Shown: piece after piece, positions 1 through 8,413 of the stretch
Numbering within the stretch: position 1 is the stretch's first letter
Layout of the letters: each line of letters opens with the position of its first letter
Source of the DNA: Chloroflexota bacterium
Lineage (GTDB): Bacteria; Chloroflexota; UBA11872; VXOZ01
DNA length: 64,000 bases
Direction of reading: 5' to 3'
NCBI GenBank assembly: GCA_965221905.1
Contig: OZ244922.1
Coordinates: 1,024,001 to 1,088,000, forward strand
Notes under the pieces: generated by a model
What the model was told of the DNA's origin: nothing
The model's input: the letters and a program-made list of their open reading frames with translations, nothing else
Databases searched by the model: none
Translations under genes and position numbers: made by a program

Positions 1-27
1 AAGTGTAGGGGAATCATCCTAGTGTTC

Positions 28-70
28 AGTATCCGTTCATGCTTCGACAGGCTCAGCACGAACGGATACT
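28..70. repeat. REP-like palindrome (CTTCGACAGGCTCAG family)
   Basis: AGTATCCGTTC...GAACGGATACT inverted arms enclose CTTCGACAGGCTCAGCAC. The same core recurs near 350, 24362-24420, 33010, 49850, 52570-52980, 63140 and 63330. Confidence 0.85.
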
Positions 71-117
71 TGGCCTCCGGCGGTCTCAATCTCAATCATC
101 TTTGCGAGCCAGCCTGA

Positions 118-256
118 ATCGACCGTACGATCCAGCTTGTATCGACCGTACGATCCAGCTTGTATCGACCGTATGATCCAGCTTGTATCGTCCGTACGCG
201 CCAGCTTGTATCGTCCTCACAAGCCAGCCGATGTCGACCGTTTGCGCCAGCTTGTT
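118..256. repeat. 23-bp tandem repeat, about 4 copies plus 1 degenerate copy
   Basis: Unit ATCGACCGTACGATCCAGCTTGT starts at 118, 141, 164 and 187, diverging progressively; a further degenerate copy lies near 233-256. Confidence 0.9.
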
Positions 257-315
257 CCGAGCTTGTCAATGGATCGAAGGGTGCACGGACTCAATTGCTT
301 AGATAAACCCCACTT

Positions 316-372
316 CCGTTCGCCCCCGTATCGAGTACGGGGCAAGCTCTGAGCCTGTCGAAGGGTGAACGG
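316..372. repeat. REP-like palindrome with an internal hairpin insertion
   Basis: CCGTTCGCC[CCCGTATCGAGTACGGGGCAAGCT]CTGAGCCTGTCGAAGGGTGAACGG. Confidence 0.75.
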
Positions 373-393
373 TCGCCCCCAGTCAACCGACCG

Positions 394-1290
394 CTACGAG
401 CCGCCTCTGCCGGGGTAGGTTAGTTCGGCCACGCCGGACTTATCGAGCTCGCCCAGACCCATGTCAATCATCTTATCGTACTGGGCCTTTGTTGCCTGAG
501 CCAGCGGCAGGGAGAGGCCGGCGTCTGCAGCCAAGTCCAGTGCAATGCCGGAGTCCTTAGAGGCGTGGGCAGCGGAGAAATAGCACTCGTGGTCGCGCGC
601 CTCCATGTCTTCACCGTCGGTCTCCAGCACCCGCGAGTTGGCGCCGGTCTGGGAAAATACCTCGCGCAGCAGCGCGCTATCAAGTCCCAACGCTTCTCCG
701 AGGCCGAGACCCTCGGCCAGACCCGCAGTATTGATGTTCATCACCATGTTCACAAGCGCCTTCACCTGAGCGGCCGTGCCGGCCGGGCCGATGTAACGCA
801 GCGAGACACTCATAATGTCCAGTAGCGGTCGTGCGCGGGCAAAGGCGTCCTCATTGCCGCCGCACATGAGATAGAGCGTGCCGTCGCGCGCTTGCGTGAT
901 GCTGCTCGCCATGCACGCCTCGAGGCTCTGCGCGCCCGCCGCCTCCGCGCGCTGCTCCACGTCCACGTGGACTTGCGGCGCGATGGTGGCGCAGTTGACG
1001 AAGAGCTTTCCGGCGGCGTTCTGCAGCAGGCTGTCGCCCTCTTCCGCAAAGATTGCGTACATGGCTTGGTCGTCAGTGACGACGGTGATGATCGTATCGA
1101 CGAGACTGGTTACTTGCCCCAGCGTATCGCAGGCTTGCGCGCCGATCTCGGCAGCTAGCTCCTGAGCGGCGGCTGAATTCACGTCGTAGACAGCGGTGAC
1201 GGCATAGCCCTGGTCGTTCAAATGGCGGGCAATGTTCGCGCCCATGCGGCCGACGCCGACGATGCCGACGGTAGTATCGTTTGCTGCCAT
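394..1290 (-). CDS. NAD(P)-dependent oxidoreductase, beta-hydroxyacid (3-hydroxyisobutyrate) dehydrogenase family
   Basis: GIVGVGRMG Rossmann motif; catalytic Lys segment QVKALVNMV; SKDSGIAL; GGAGAGAG RBS. Confidence 0.9.
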   Translation of the reverse strand: MAANDTTVGIVGVGRMGANIARHLNDQGYAVTAVYDVNSAAAQELAAEIGAQACDTLGQVTSLVDTIITVVTDDQAMYAIFAEEGDSLLQNAAGKLFVNCATIAPQVHVDVEQRAEAAGAQSLEACMASSITQARDGTLYLMCGGNEDAFARARPLLDIMSVSLRYIGPAGTAAQVKALVNMVMNINTAGLAEGLGLGEALGLDSALLREVFSQTGANSRVLETDGEDMEARDHECYFSAAHASKDSGIALDLAADAGLSLPLAQATKAQYDKMIDMGLGELDKSGVAELTYPGRGGS

Positions 1291-1310
1291 GACTCTCTCC
1301 CTTTCGTACT

Positions 1311-1353
1311 AAAAAAGAGCCGTCCGGCCCACTTAGTAGTCAGGCCGAACGGC
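1311..1353 (-). terminator. intrinsic terminator
   Basis: Minus strand reads GCCGTTCGGCC-loop-GGCCGGACGGC followed by TCTTTTTT, just downstream of the 1380..1823 gene. Confidence 0.65.
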
Positions 1354-1379
1354 AAGTACAGTCTTTCCTTCTGCGTAGC

Positions 1380-1823
1380 TTAGCCGGATAGCGAACCGTG
1401 CAACTCTTGCCAGTCATCAAGAGCGTTGAGGGAGGCGGCATCGGTGATATTGCCATCGTTGGCGAGGCCGGTGGCATCGCAGATGCCCCCTACGGTGTCG
1501 CCGTCATGGTTGTAGCCGAGAATAGCCGCATTGCTCGCCTCAACAGTCTCGGCGGAAATGCTGCCGCCGTTCTGGTCCACGACCCACTGCTCAAACTCAA
1601 GGTAAGTCGGGCCGTTGGAGCGCAGGTAGTTGAGGGCCGCATCGCGGTCGACGTTGAGGCCGTCCAATACCATCTGGTCGAAACCGGCGCCGCACTCGTC
1701 ATATTCGTCGTGCAGCCTGCCGTTCGCGGCCAGCGAGACCTTCAACCACAGACGGGGCAGGTGCACTGCTCCCAGGGGGCCGGCTTCACTTGAACCAATC
1801 AGGGGTACGAGCTTATCTGCCAT
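1380..1823 (-). CDS. small conserved protein, DUF5069-like
   Basis: GPLGAVHLPRLWLK...GFDQMVL...LNALDDW pattern; ATG at 1823 has an AGGAGGA RBS. Confidence 0.7.
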   Translation of the reverse strand: MADKLVPLIGSSEAGPLGAVHLPRLWLKVSLAANGRLHDEYDECGAGFDQMVLDGLNVDRDAALNYLRSNGPTYLEFEQWVVDQNGGSISAETVEASNAAILGYNHDGDTVGGICDATGLANDGNITDAASLNALDDWQELHGSLSG

Positions 1824-2006
1824 GACAATTCCTCCTAGATCGCTGCGGTTGTGCAACGAATTCCGAACACAATACATCCTAAAGTATCGGAGTCACTATA
1901 GCCGCCCAGTGGTAGCACTGTCAACACCGGTAGGCTCGATTGCCTTTGTTACCGGCCGCTCCGGCAGTAGACCGTTACCCTTCTGGAAATCGCGATGCCG
2001 CTGCTC

Positions 2007-3326
2007 TCAAACCTCAAGGTGCGGCTGGATGAGGTCGTCCAGGGTCTCGCGGCGGCGGATCAGACGAGCGTTGCCATCGTTTACCAACACGACCGCAGGT
2101 CGCGGCACCAGGTTGTAGTTGCTGGACATGGCCAGGCAGTATGCGCCGGAACTGGGCACGGCGATCAGGTCGCCGGGGTTGAGCTTGGGCATTGCCACGT
2201 CTTTGAAGAGCACATCGCCGCTTTCGCAATAGCGGCCGGCGATTGTCACCGTTTCTGCCGGTGCGTCGTGCATGCGGTTGCCGACGAGCACCGTGTACGC
2301 CGCATCGTAGAGCGCCGGGCGAATGTTATCGGCCATGCCGCCGTCCACGGCGACGTATTTGCGCACACCGGGAATCTCCTTGCTCGAGCCGACGGAGTAG
2401 AGACCCACGCCGGCCTGCCCCACGATCGAACGTCCCGGTTCCACGATCAGGCGCGGCAGGTCCCAGCCCAGCGCGGCCATGCGGTCTTTCACTGTGGTAG
2501 TCACCGTCTCTGCCAGAAGCTCGATGGGCGGCGGGTCGTCGGCGCCGGTGTAACGTATGCCCCAGCCGCCGCCGGGTGAAAGCTCCTTGACCTGCAGGCC
2601 GTAGGCGTCGGCCATCTTCTGCGCGAACCGGATGAGCAGGTCGAGGGTGTCCACGTAGGGATCGATGTCGAAGATCTGGCTGCCTATGTGGGCGTGGATG
2701 CCGATGAGGTCCAGGTGCGGCGCGGCTTGTGCACGCTTTACGGCTTCCTCCGCATGGCCGATGGGCAGCGCAAAGCCGAACTTAGAGTCGAGCGCGCCGG
2801 TCTTGATGTAGTCGTGGGTGTGCGCCTCGACGCCGGGACCGATGCGCAGGAGAATCTGCGCCTGCTTCCCCGCTTCTCCCGCGATGGTATTGAGCAGGTC
2901 GATCTCGTTAAAGTTGTCCACCACGATGCGTCCCACGCCGACTTCCAGGGCGTAGGCCAGTTCTGCGGGCAGCTTGTTATTGCCGTGGAAGTAAATTCGT
3001 TCCAGTGGAAAGTCGGCGGCGAGGGCGACTGCAATTTCACCCGCTGAAACTACGTCCAGTCCCATGCCCTCTTCGTTAGCAATCTTGACTACGTGGGGAT
3101 CGGAGTAGGCCTTGCTGGCGTAGAGCGGGAGCGCGTCCGGGTAATTGGCGTTGAGGGCATTTACATAGCGGCGCATGTTGGTGCGTAGGGTCGCTTCGTC
3201 ATAAATGTAGAGCGGCGTCCCGAACTCTCGCGCTAACTCCGTCACCGGCACACCGCCGATGGCAAGCACGCCGGCGTCCGAAACCTCCGTCGAAACCGGC
3301 AGCACCTGGTCTGCTACTTCAATCAT
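2007..3326 (-). CDS. lysA: diaminopimelate decarboxylase
   Basis: YASKA (PLP lysine), SKFG, HAHIGSQ, EPGRS, CESGD and GAY motifs. Confidence 0.97.
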   Translation of the reverse strand: MIEVADQVLPVSTEVSDAGVLAIGGVPVTELAREFGTPLYIYDEATLRTNMRRYVNALNANYPDALPLYASKAYSDPHVVKIANEEGMGLDVVSAGEIAVALAADFPLERIYFHGNNKLPAELAYALEVGVGRIVVDNFNEIDLLNTIAGEAGKQAQILLRIGPGVEAHTHDYIKTGALDSKFGFALPIGHAEEAVKRAQAAPHLDLIGIHAHIGSQIFDIDPYVDTLDLLIRFAQKMADAYGLQVKELSPGGGWGIRYTGADDPPPIELLAETVTTTVKDRMAALGWDLPRLIVEPGRSIVGQAGVGLYSVGSSKEIPGVRKYVAVDGGMADNIRPALYDAAYTVLVGNRMHDAPAETVTIAGRYCESGDVLFKDVAMPKLNPGDLIAVPSSGAYCLAMSSNYNLVPRPAVVLVNDGNARLIRRRETLDDLIQPHLEV

Positions 3327-3857
3327 CTAAGCTTGGCTCCTAATTGATGGAATTGGTTCAAGGTCGTGAGTTCAATAGTATCGTATTCTGTGGGATAGGA
3401 CTTTGCCAAGCTGCGTCTTGGCGCAAAGCACCTTGGGCAATTAAATCTGATGAAAGAGTTTGACAGTGTGTGGCAAGACTTCATTCTTGAAGCTATCCAG
3501 ATGGATGTACCTGTCCTTGTGGTAGGCAGCAGGATCTAGCTACTATGGGCACGTTACACTCCACTTCTCCGTGGTTTTCCTGGCTGAAGATTTGTTGGAG
3601 AATCACTATGAGGAGTGAAGCGCAGTAGAACTCAAGCAGTTCTTACAGGGAGACATTTGCTCTCGCGACAAGAGCGGGGGACAATAAGCCCCCGCGCTAT
3701 GTTTCAGTTGGAGTCGTGAGGAGTGTAGTGTTACAAGGGTTCTAGGACACGCGCAATGATTTCGGTTGGTTACACGAAGCCTTCTGGTTACGCATTGAAT
3801 CCTCCGTGTGAAAGACAGGCTGCGGCCAGCTCTGAATAAATGAAGTGTCAAGTCAGC

Positions 3858-4118
3858 CTAGATGTTCTCAATAACTACCTGGCGGCTGGCGAGAAGTGAC
3901 TGTATTTCATGACGGACGAGTCTCTCCTCTATGGCTGAGTCGTTCAATAAGCACAGCAGGTTGAGAGCACGGGACCATACCTGCACCTCAAAGGCGTCTT
4001 CAGGCTCTTCTAGGAAGAAGGCGGCGTACTCAAGGAGCCATTTGGATAGCTCCTGATGAGCAAGTTGGCTATCTAGATAAGCTTGGATGCGCCTAAACAG
4101 TTCTTTGGAAGGCTCCAT
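3858..4118 (-). CDS. small acidic helical hypothetical protein (86 aa)
   Basis: ATG at 4118 is preceded by a GGAGG RBS at about 7 nt; amphipathic helical composition; lies in a lower-GC island. Confidence 0.6.
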   Translation of the reverse strand: MEPSKELFRRIQAYLDSQLAHQELSKWLLEYAAFFLEEPEDAFEVQVWSRALNLLCLLNDSAIEERLVRHEIQSLLASRQVVIENI

Positions 4119-4470
4119 GGCAGTGCCTCCTGCTAGACGCGGGAACACAGAGAAACCGCATCGCTTCGTTCATCCGACTGAAATTCGTGCGCACTTCAAT
4201 GGTATGCAATTGTACGCAAAGGCCGCAAGAGGCGAGCTAGATCAAGTCTTGCGCGCGGAGTACTTAACACCACCAGCGGCCAATCAGGTGCCCGGGACAG
4301 TATCACAACTCGTAGCATACTACGAGCGCCTCCATGACGACCAGAAGCGGCCCGTTGCAATCGTCTTCCAATACTTGCAGCCAAATGGGAAGTTAGGTGC
4401 TAGCGGAAGACCGGACCCTAAGTGGCTTCGACTGCCTGACGGCACCATCATTGCTGCGAAGTCGCGTTGA
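4117..4470 (+). CDS. hypothetical protein (117 aa) with a QYLxPxGxxGASGRPDPK motif
   Basis: Open frame with protein-like composition. The C-terminal VAIVFQYLQPNGKLGASGRPDPKWL resembles an uncharacterised family I recall. The start is uncertain. Confidence 0.6.
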   Translation: MAVPPARRGNTEKPHRFVHPTEIRAHFNGMQLYAKAARGELDQVLRAEYLTPPAANQVPGTVSQLVAYYERLHDDQKRPVAIVFQYLQPNGKLGASGRPDPKWLRLPDGTIIAAKSR

Positions 4471-4710
4471 GTGGGTTAACTGCATAGGTGTGCATTTCGA
4501 GGGCGACTTTCAGCCTGATCGCTCTTCTCTACAATAGATGAATTCGCTCAAGCTTTTGCCATTCCATTAGCACAGGCTCTGAATTGAATCGAGGCTAGCC
4601 GCTTGGCATAGTAATAGTATTGAGTGAAACGGAGCGGGTGGCGAGGTACAATTCTAGTAGATTCCCGGAGTATTTGGGAACAACCGACGCGCACAAAGGA
4701 GAGACTGGTC

Positions 4711-5643
4711 ATGCACACGCGTGGGATGGGGCTATTTATCTCTCTGTGCGTGCTGATTGTCGTGCTTGCAGGCTGTGCTACTACACCTGGAGCGTTGCCG
4801 TCTGGAAAGACTGAGGCAGGGGAAGGCGCTGGCGCGATTGCCGGAGAGCAGACTGTCCAGAGCGCGGAATGCCCGGTAACCACTCCCATCACCATAACGC
4901 CGCCGGACTCAAAATACCGCAGTCCGCTGCCTCGCGGCGCATACTATGCAAGCGCCGACGAGATGATTTTGGTACCGTCTGAGGAATGGGGGCTAGGGGG
5001 CCGGAAGATTCCTTGGATCAAGCCGCTCGGATCGCGGCTTACCGTGCAGGGACGCCGTCTGGACGGCGACGCCGCGCCGCTCTGGGCCGACATTTCTTCC
5101 GGGTATTCTGGCGATTTTCAGTCGAGCATCGTAATCATTCCTACGGCGGGCTGCTGGGAGATCGAGGCCCGCGCCAATGCCAGTGTGTTGCGCTTTGTGC
5201 TCTTCATTCCGCCACGGCAGCAGCCCGAGACAGCTCCTTCGTGTGCGGGCATAGACGACGTGGTGCGGCTTGTTAACGTCATTGTCGTCGGTCACATTGA
5301 AAGACGCGTGCTGGATCCAAGCGGCCGCTGGGCGTGGCAGCGCGTGCGCGTGATGCGAAGTCTCTACCCCTATTCGTTTTACCGGGAATATGCGAGCCCT
5401 GGCACCGTGCTCACGGTCCTGCAGGACGGCGCGCGCGAGCCGTTGCTTGCGGTGGGAGACGACTACGTGCTCGTACTGCGCGGCAGTCCACTGCAAATCG
5501 TCTGCCCGCATCAGACCGTGGCGGCGGTAGACAGTGAGCAAGAACCGGCCCGCGTCGAGATTCTAACACCGGGAACAGCATTTTGGTCGGGAGAAACGGT
5601 CCCAGAGATCGAAGCCCAGATTAGGGCGGCCCATCTCCAGTAA
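4711..5643 (+). CDS. putative lipoprotein (DUF4871-like N-terminal domain)
   Basis: AAGGAGA RBS; hydrophobic stretch ending in lipobox LAGC; CPVT...IPTAGCWEI motif. Confidence 0.75.
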   Translation: MHTRGMGLFISLCVLIVVLAGCATTPGALPSGKTEAGEGAGAIAGEQTVQSAECPVTTPITITPPDSKYRSPLPRGAYYASADEMILVPSEEWGLGGRKIPWIKPLGSRLTVQGRRLDGDAAPLWADISSGYSGDFQSSIVIIPTAGCWEIEARANASVLRFVLFIPPRQQPETAPSCAGIDDVVRLVNVIVVGHIERRVLDPSGRWAWQRVRVMRSLYPYSFYREYASPGTVLTVLQDGAREPLLAVGDDYVLVLRGSPLQIVCPHQTVAAVDSEQEPARVEILTPGTAFWSGETVPEIEAQIRAAHLQ

Positions 5644-5779
5644 TGCGAGCCGTGCGGCGAGTAGGTGGTGACAAGGGGTCCGGTCGGAGTTGGTGAACAC
5701 CATGTACTGCATCTACGCCCGCGATCCGGTTGTTGGCGTGGTTAATGTGGTTGGAACCCCCTGCTCTGGCCATGCCCTA

Positions 5780-5843
5780 GGCGCAGGTTGCAAACCTACG
5801 CTACCAGTCACGCGCAAGGCGCAGGTTGCAAACCTACGCTACC
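5780..5843. repeat. two REP-like palindromes of the GCGCAGGTTGCAAACCT(G/A)CGCTAC family
   Basis: Direct copies near 5780 and 5820; family members also near 11540, 20709 and 26645. Confidence 0.8.
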
Positions 5844-5973
5844 GGTCGCGCGCTAGGCGGCTCCTATTGGGCCTCTATCGGGACGAAGCGGTGTTGTTTC
5901 AATAGCGAGCGGATTCGCGCACAAGATTCGTGCACAGGAATGGATACCGCAGTCGCCAATTCGCATTGCATGT

Positions 5974-8073
5974 TTAGGCAACTGTAGTGGGAGCGATTTC
6001 CAAGGTCACGACGTCGGTCTCCGACAGGCGCGGCAGAGTGACGATCGTATGCTTGCCATCGCGCCGGACGTGCACGGTTTGACCGCTGGCGGCAGATGCC
6101 GCATGCACGGAGAGGACGGACTTGATTGTTACGTCCGCTAGGGTCACGGCTTCCGGTACGTCTACCCATGCGCTGCTTCTCGGCCCGCGCCCAATGCCGT
6201 CGCCCAGCGGCCGGGTCACAGGGCAGTTGACGAGAAAGACCTTGAGTTCGTTGCCGTCTTTGGTATAGGCGGCCTCGACGTTTGGCACTCCTTGCAGGCG
6301 CAGGTCGGCGGCATAGCCGATGAACATCAGTATATGCATAACCATGCGGCCAAACGCGCGCGCACCCCGCAGCAGGTATTCGGCAAACGGCTCATGGTTG
6401 CAGTAGGCGATTTGGCCGTCGCCGAAACGCCCGAAGACTATTGACGGCATGTCGGTTTCCGTGCTCCAGCGCGTGCCGTGGCTGTCCCAGACCTCGTCAT
6501 GGGGAACGACGACCGGCTTGAGGGAATAGGCAAGTTCGCCAAAACCCGGGAAGTTGCGCAGCGGCCAGTGGCCGAGGGAACATGCCAGTTCCCAATCGGG
6601 GATATTCCAGTCATGCGGGGCATGGATGTACCAGCCGTCCTGGCGCGCGAAGCCGTGGCTTTGGCGATCAGCCAGGATGATGCCGAGGTCGCGCTGTAGG
6701 TTGTTGGCGCCGGTGACGAGCATGCGCCCGCCGTTCTCCACAAAGTCCCGCAGGAGTGGCAGCGATTCCGGCCTGAGGTCGCCGGGATGGGCCACAATGA
6801 CTGCTTTCAAGCCGGTGAAGTCGTTTGCTTCCAAGAGATCGTCGCAGAGCAACCGGAAAGGAAAGTGCTGCTCGCTCAGATACTTGTAAGCGCCCGCCGT
6901 GTCGCGGCTGAAGCCATGCACCGATGGCACGTTCCCTACCGCCACCTGCTCCTCGGAGAAGAGCAGCCCGACTTCTGCGTACGTCGTCGCCTTGGCGCGT
7001 GCTTCTGCAAGCGGACCGATCTTCGCGAAGGTTGTTGCTACTTTGTCCAGCACCGGTTTGCCGAAGAAGCCCGTGCGTGTGTCCGGCGCGCCCCAGAGCG
7101 TCGTGGCGTCGGCGCCGGCGATGAGCGCGCTGGCAGCTTGAAACGTTAGCTGGCTCTCGCTAACGCCTGCGTACGGTACATTGTCCCAGCAGAAGGCAAT
7201 TTCCACGGGACGGCTCTTTGCCAGCGCCCGCAGGCGGTGCGTCTGCAGGGCCGGTAGAAAGAAGTTGGCACCGGTAGCATCGGATTCGCCAAAGAGGTAG
7301 TCATCGTGGGTGTAAGGCCAAAAGGCGTTATGGGTAAGTTGAATGTCCTTGCCGCTGGCTTGGATGCGTTCCTTCACTCCTGCGAGATAGGTTTCTACCA
7401 CGTGATTGCCAAAGGCAGCGATGCGTGAGCGGTGTTCTGCCCCAAAGCGGCGCGCAAAGCCTCGGCGACGCCCTTGCAGAGCGTGCCTCCTTCTCGAATT
7501 GGGGTGAGAACCCGGCGAGCGCGTCGGCATGGCGGGAAACGGCTCGCCGGAGTGTTCTTCCCATGCTTGCCGACAGTGATCGCAGAAGCACAGCATCCGG
7601 TAGTGCACTATGTCCAGGAAGAGGCGCGAGAAGGTGTAGTTGGCGAGCAACTCTTCAAGCATGTCGTAGGTATATTCGCGGTAGGGCGAGTTGAGGCAGA
7701 GCCAACGCCAACGCGTCGGTCGACCGGGCAGCGGCTTTCCGTCGGCATCGTGGCTGCGCCACTCTTCTTGCGTGCGATAGGCGTGCTCGTCCCAGCGCAC
7801 GGAGTAATAGAGGGCCGGATCGATGCCGTGCCGGTGGGCTTCGTCGGTCTGGGCCGCAATGAGATCGAAGTCAAGCGCCGGGTGGCGCAAGCCTACTTTG
7901 GTGTCATAATACGCGTGACCCCAATGGCACTTGGCTTGGAGCAGCACCGCGTCGGTGCCGATGTCACGCAATGCTGCCATCTGTGCAGCCGGATCCACTT
8001 GCGAGAGCGTGTGCGGGCCGTAGGGCCCAAGATGATTGTCGATAAGTACGCGTTTTGGGCCGGCTTCTGCCAT
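5974..8073 (-). CDS. putative glycoside hydrolase (GHL6/alpha-L-fucosidase-like TIM barrel plus beta-galactosidase trimerisation-like domain)
   Basis: AKCHWGHAYY, LYYS..WD, CLNSPY, FLD and CFCDHC motifs; C-terminal GATase-like domain; ATG at 8073 with GGGAGG RBS. Confidence 0.75.
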   Translation of the reverse strand: MAEAGPKRVLIDNHLGPYGPHTLSQVDPAAQMAALRDIGTDAVLLQAKCHWGHAYYDTKVGLRHPALDFDLIAAQTDEAHRHGIDPALYYSVRWDEHAYRTQEEWRSHDADGKPLPGRPTRWRWLCLNSPYREYTYDMLEELLANYTFSRLFLDIVHYRMLCFCDHCRQAWEEHSGEPFPAMPTRSPGSHPNSRRRHALQGRRRGFARRFGAEHRSRIAAFGNHVVETYLAGVKERIQASGKDIQLTHNAFWPYTHDDYLFGESDATGANFFLPALQTHRLRALAKSRPVEIAFCWDNVPYAGVSESQLTFQAASALIAGADATTLWGAPDTRTGFFGKPVLDKVATTFAKIGPLAEARAKATTYAEVGLLFSEEQVAVGNVPSVHGFSRDTAGAYKYLSEQHFPFRLLCDDLLEANDFTGLKAVIVAHPGDLRPESLPLLRDFVENGGRMLVTGANNLQRDLGIILADRQSHGFARQDGWYIHAPHDWNIPDWELACSLGHWPLRNFPGFGELAYSLKPVVVPHDEVWDSHGTRWSTETDMPSIVFGRFGDGQIAYCNHEPFAEYLLRGARAFGRMVMHILMFIGYAADLRLQGVPNVEAAYTKDGNELKVFLVNCPVTRPLGDGIGRGPRSSAWVDVPEAVTLADVTIKSVLSVHAASAASGQTVHVRRDGKHTIVTLPRLSETDVVTLEIAPTTVA

Positions 8074-8200
8074 GAGCTTCCTCCCATGTTTAACGCATCG
8101 GACACGCTTGTCGATTACGCGAGTGTGCTCACGCTGCGCGAATGTGCTCGCGGCGACCGAGGACACTTGCTGCAGCTATGGAAAGCTGTTGTTGGGTACT

Positions 8201-8234
8201 CACTCGCTGCGAGCGCCCACTCGCTGCGAGCGCC
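8201..8234. repeat. 17-bp direct duplication
   Basis: CACTCGCTGCGAGCGCC occurs twice in tandem in the divergent intergenic region. Confidence 0.8.
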
Positions 8235-8413
8235 CACGGTAGCCAACGTAGCTGCTGCGGTTCCCTTCAATGCTACTTGTCTAGGAGTCTGTTGCCAAAT
8301 AGCCCTGCACCTGTGTTAGGGATCGCCGCTAAAGGCGCTTACTTGGAGAATCGTCCCTGCAAGGGGGTATTATAGGCACTATAGAGCAATCAGCCTGTTT
8401 CGGAGACTGTTGA

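Noticed and set aside
137-352. 71-aa ORF
   Set aside because: Runs through a 23-bp tandem repeat and a REP, with a TTG start and no RBS.
3327-3600. Lysine riboswitch upstream of lysA
   Set aside because: No recognisable L-box consensus on the minus strand. The region instead holds a start-less plus-strand frame of about 46 codons (about 3400-3540) that may be a gene remnant.
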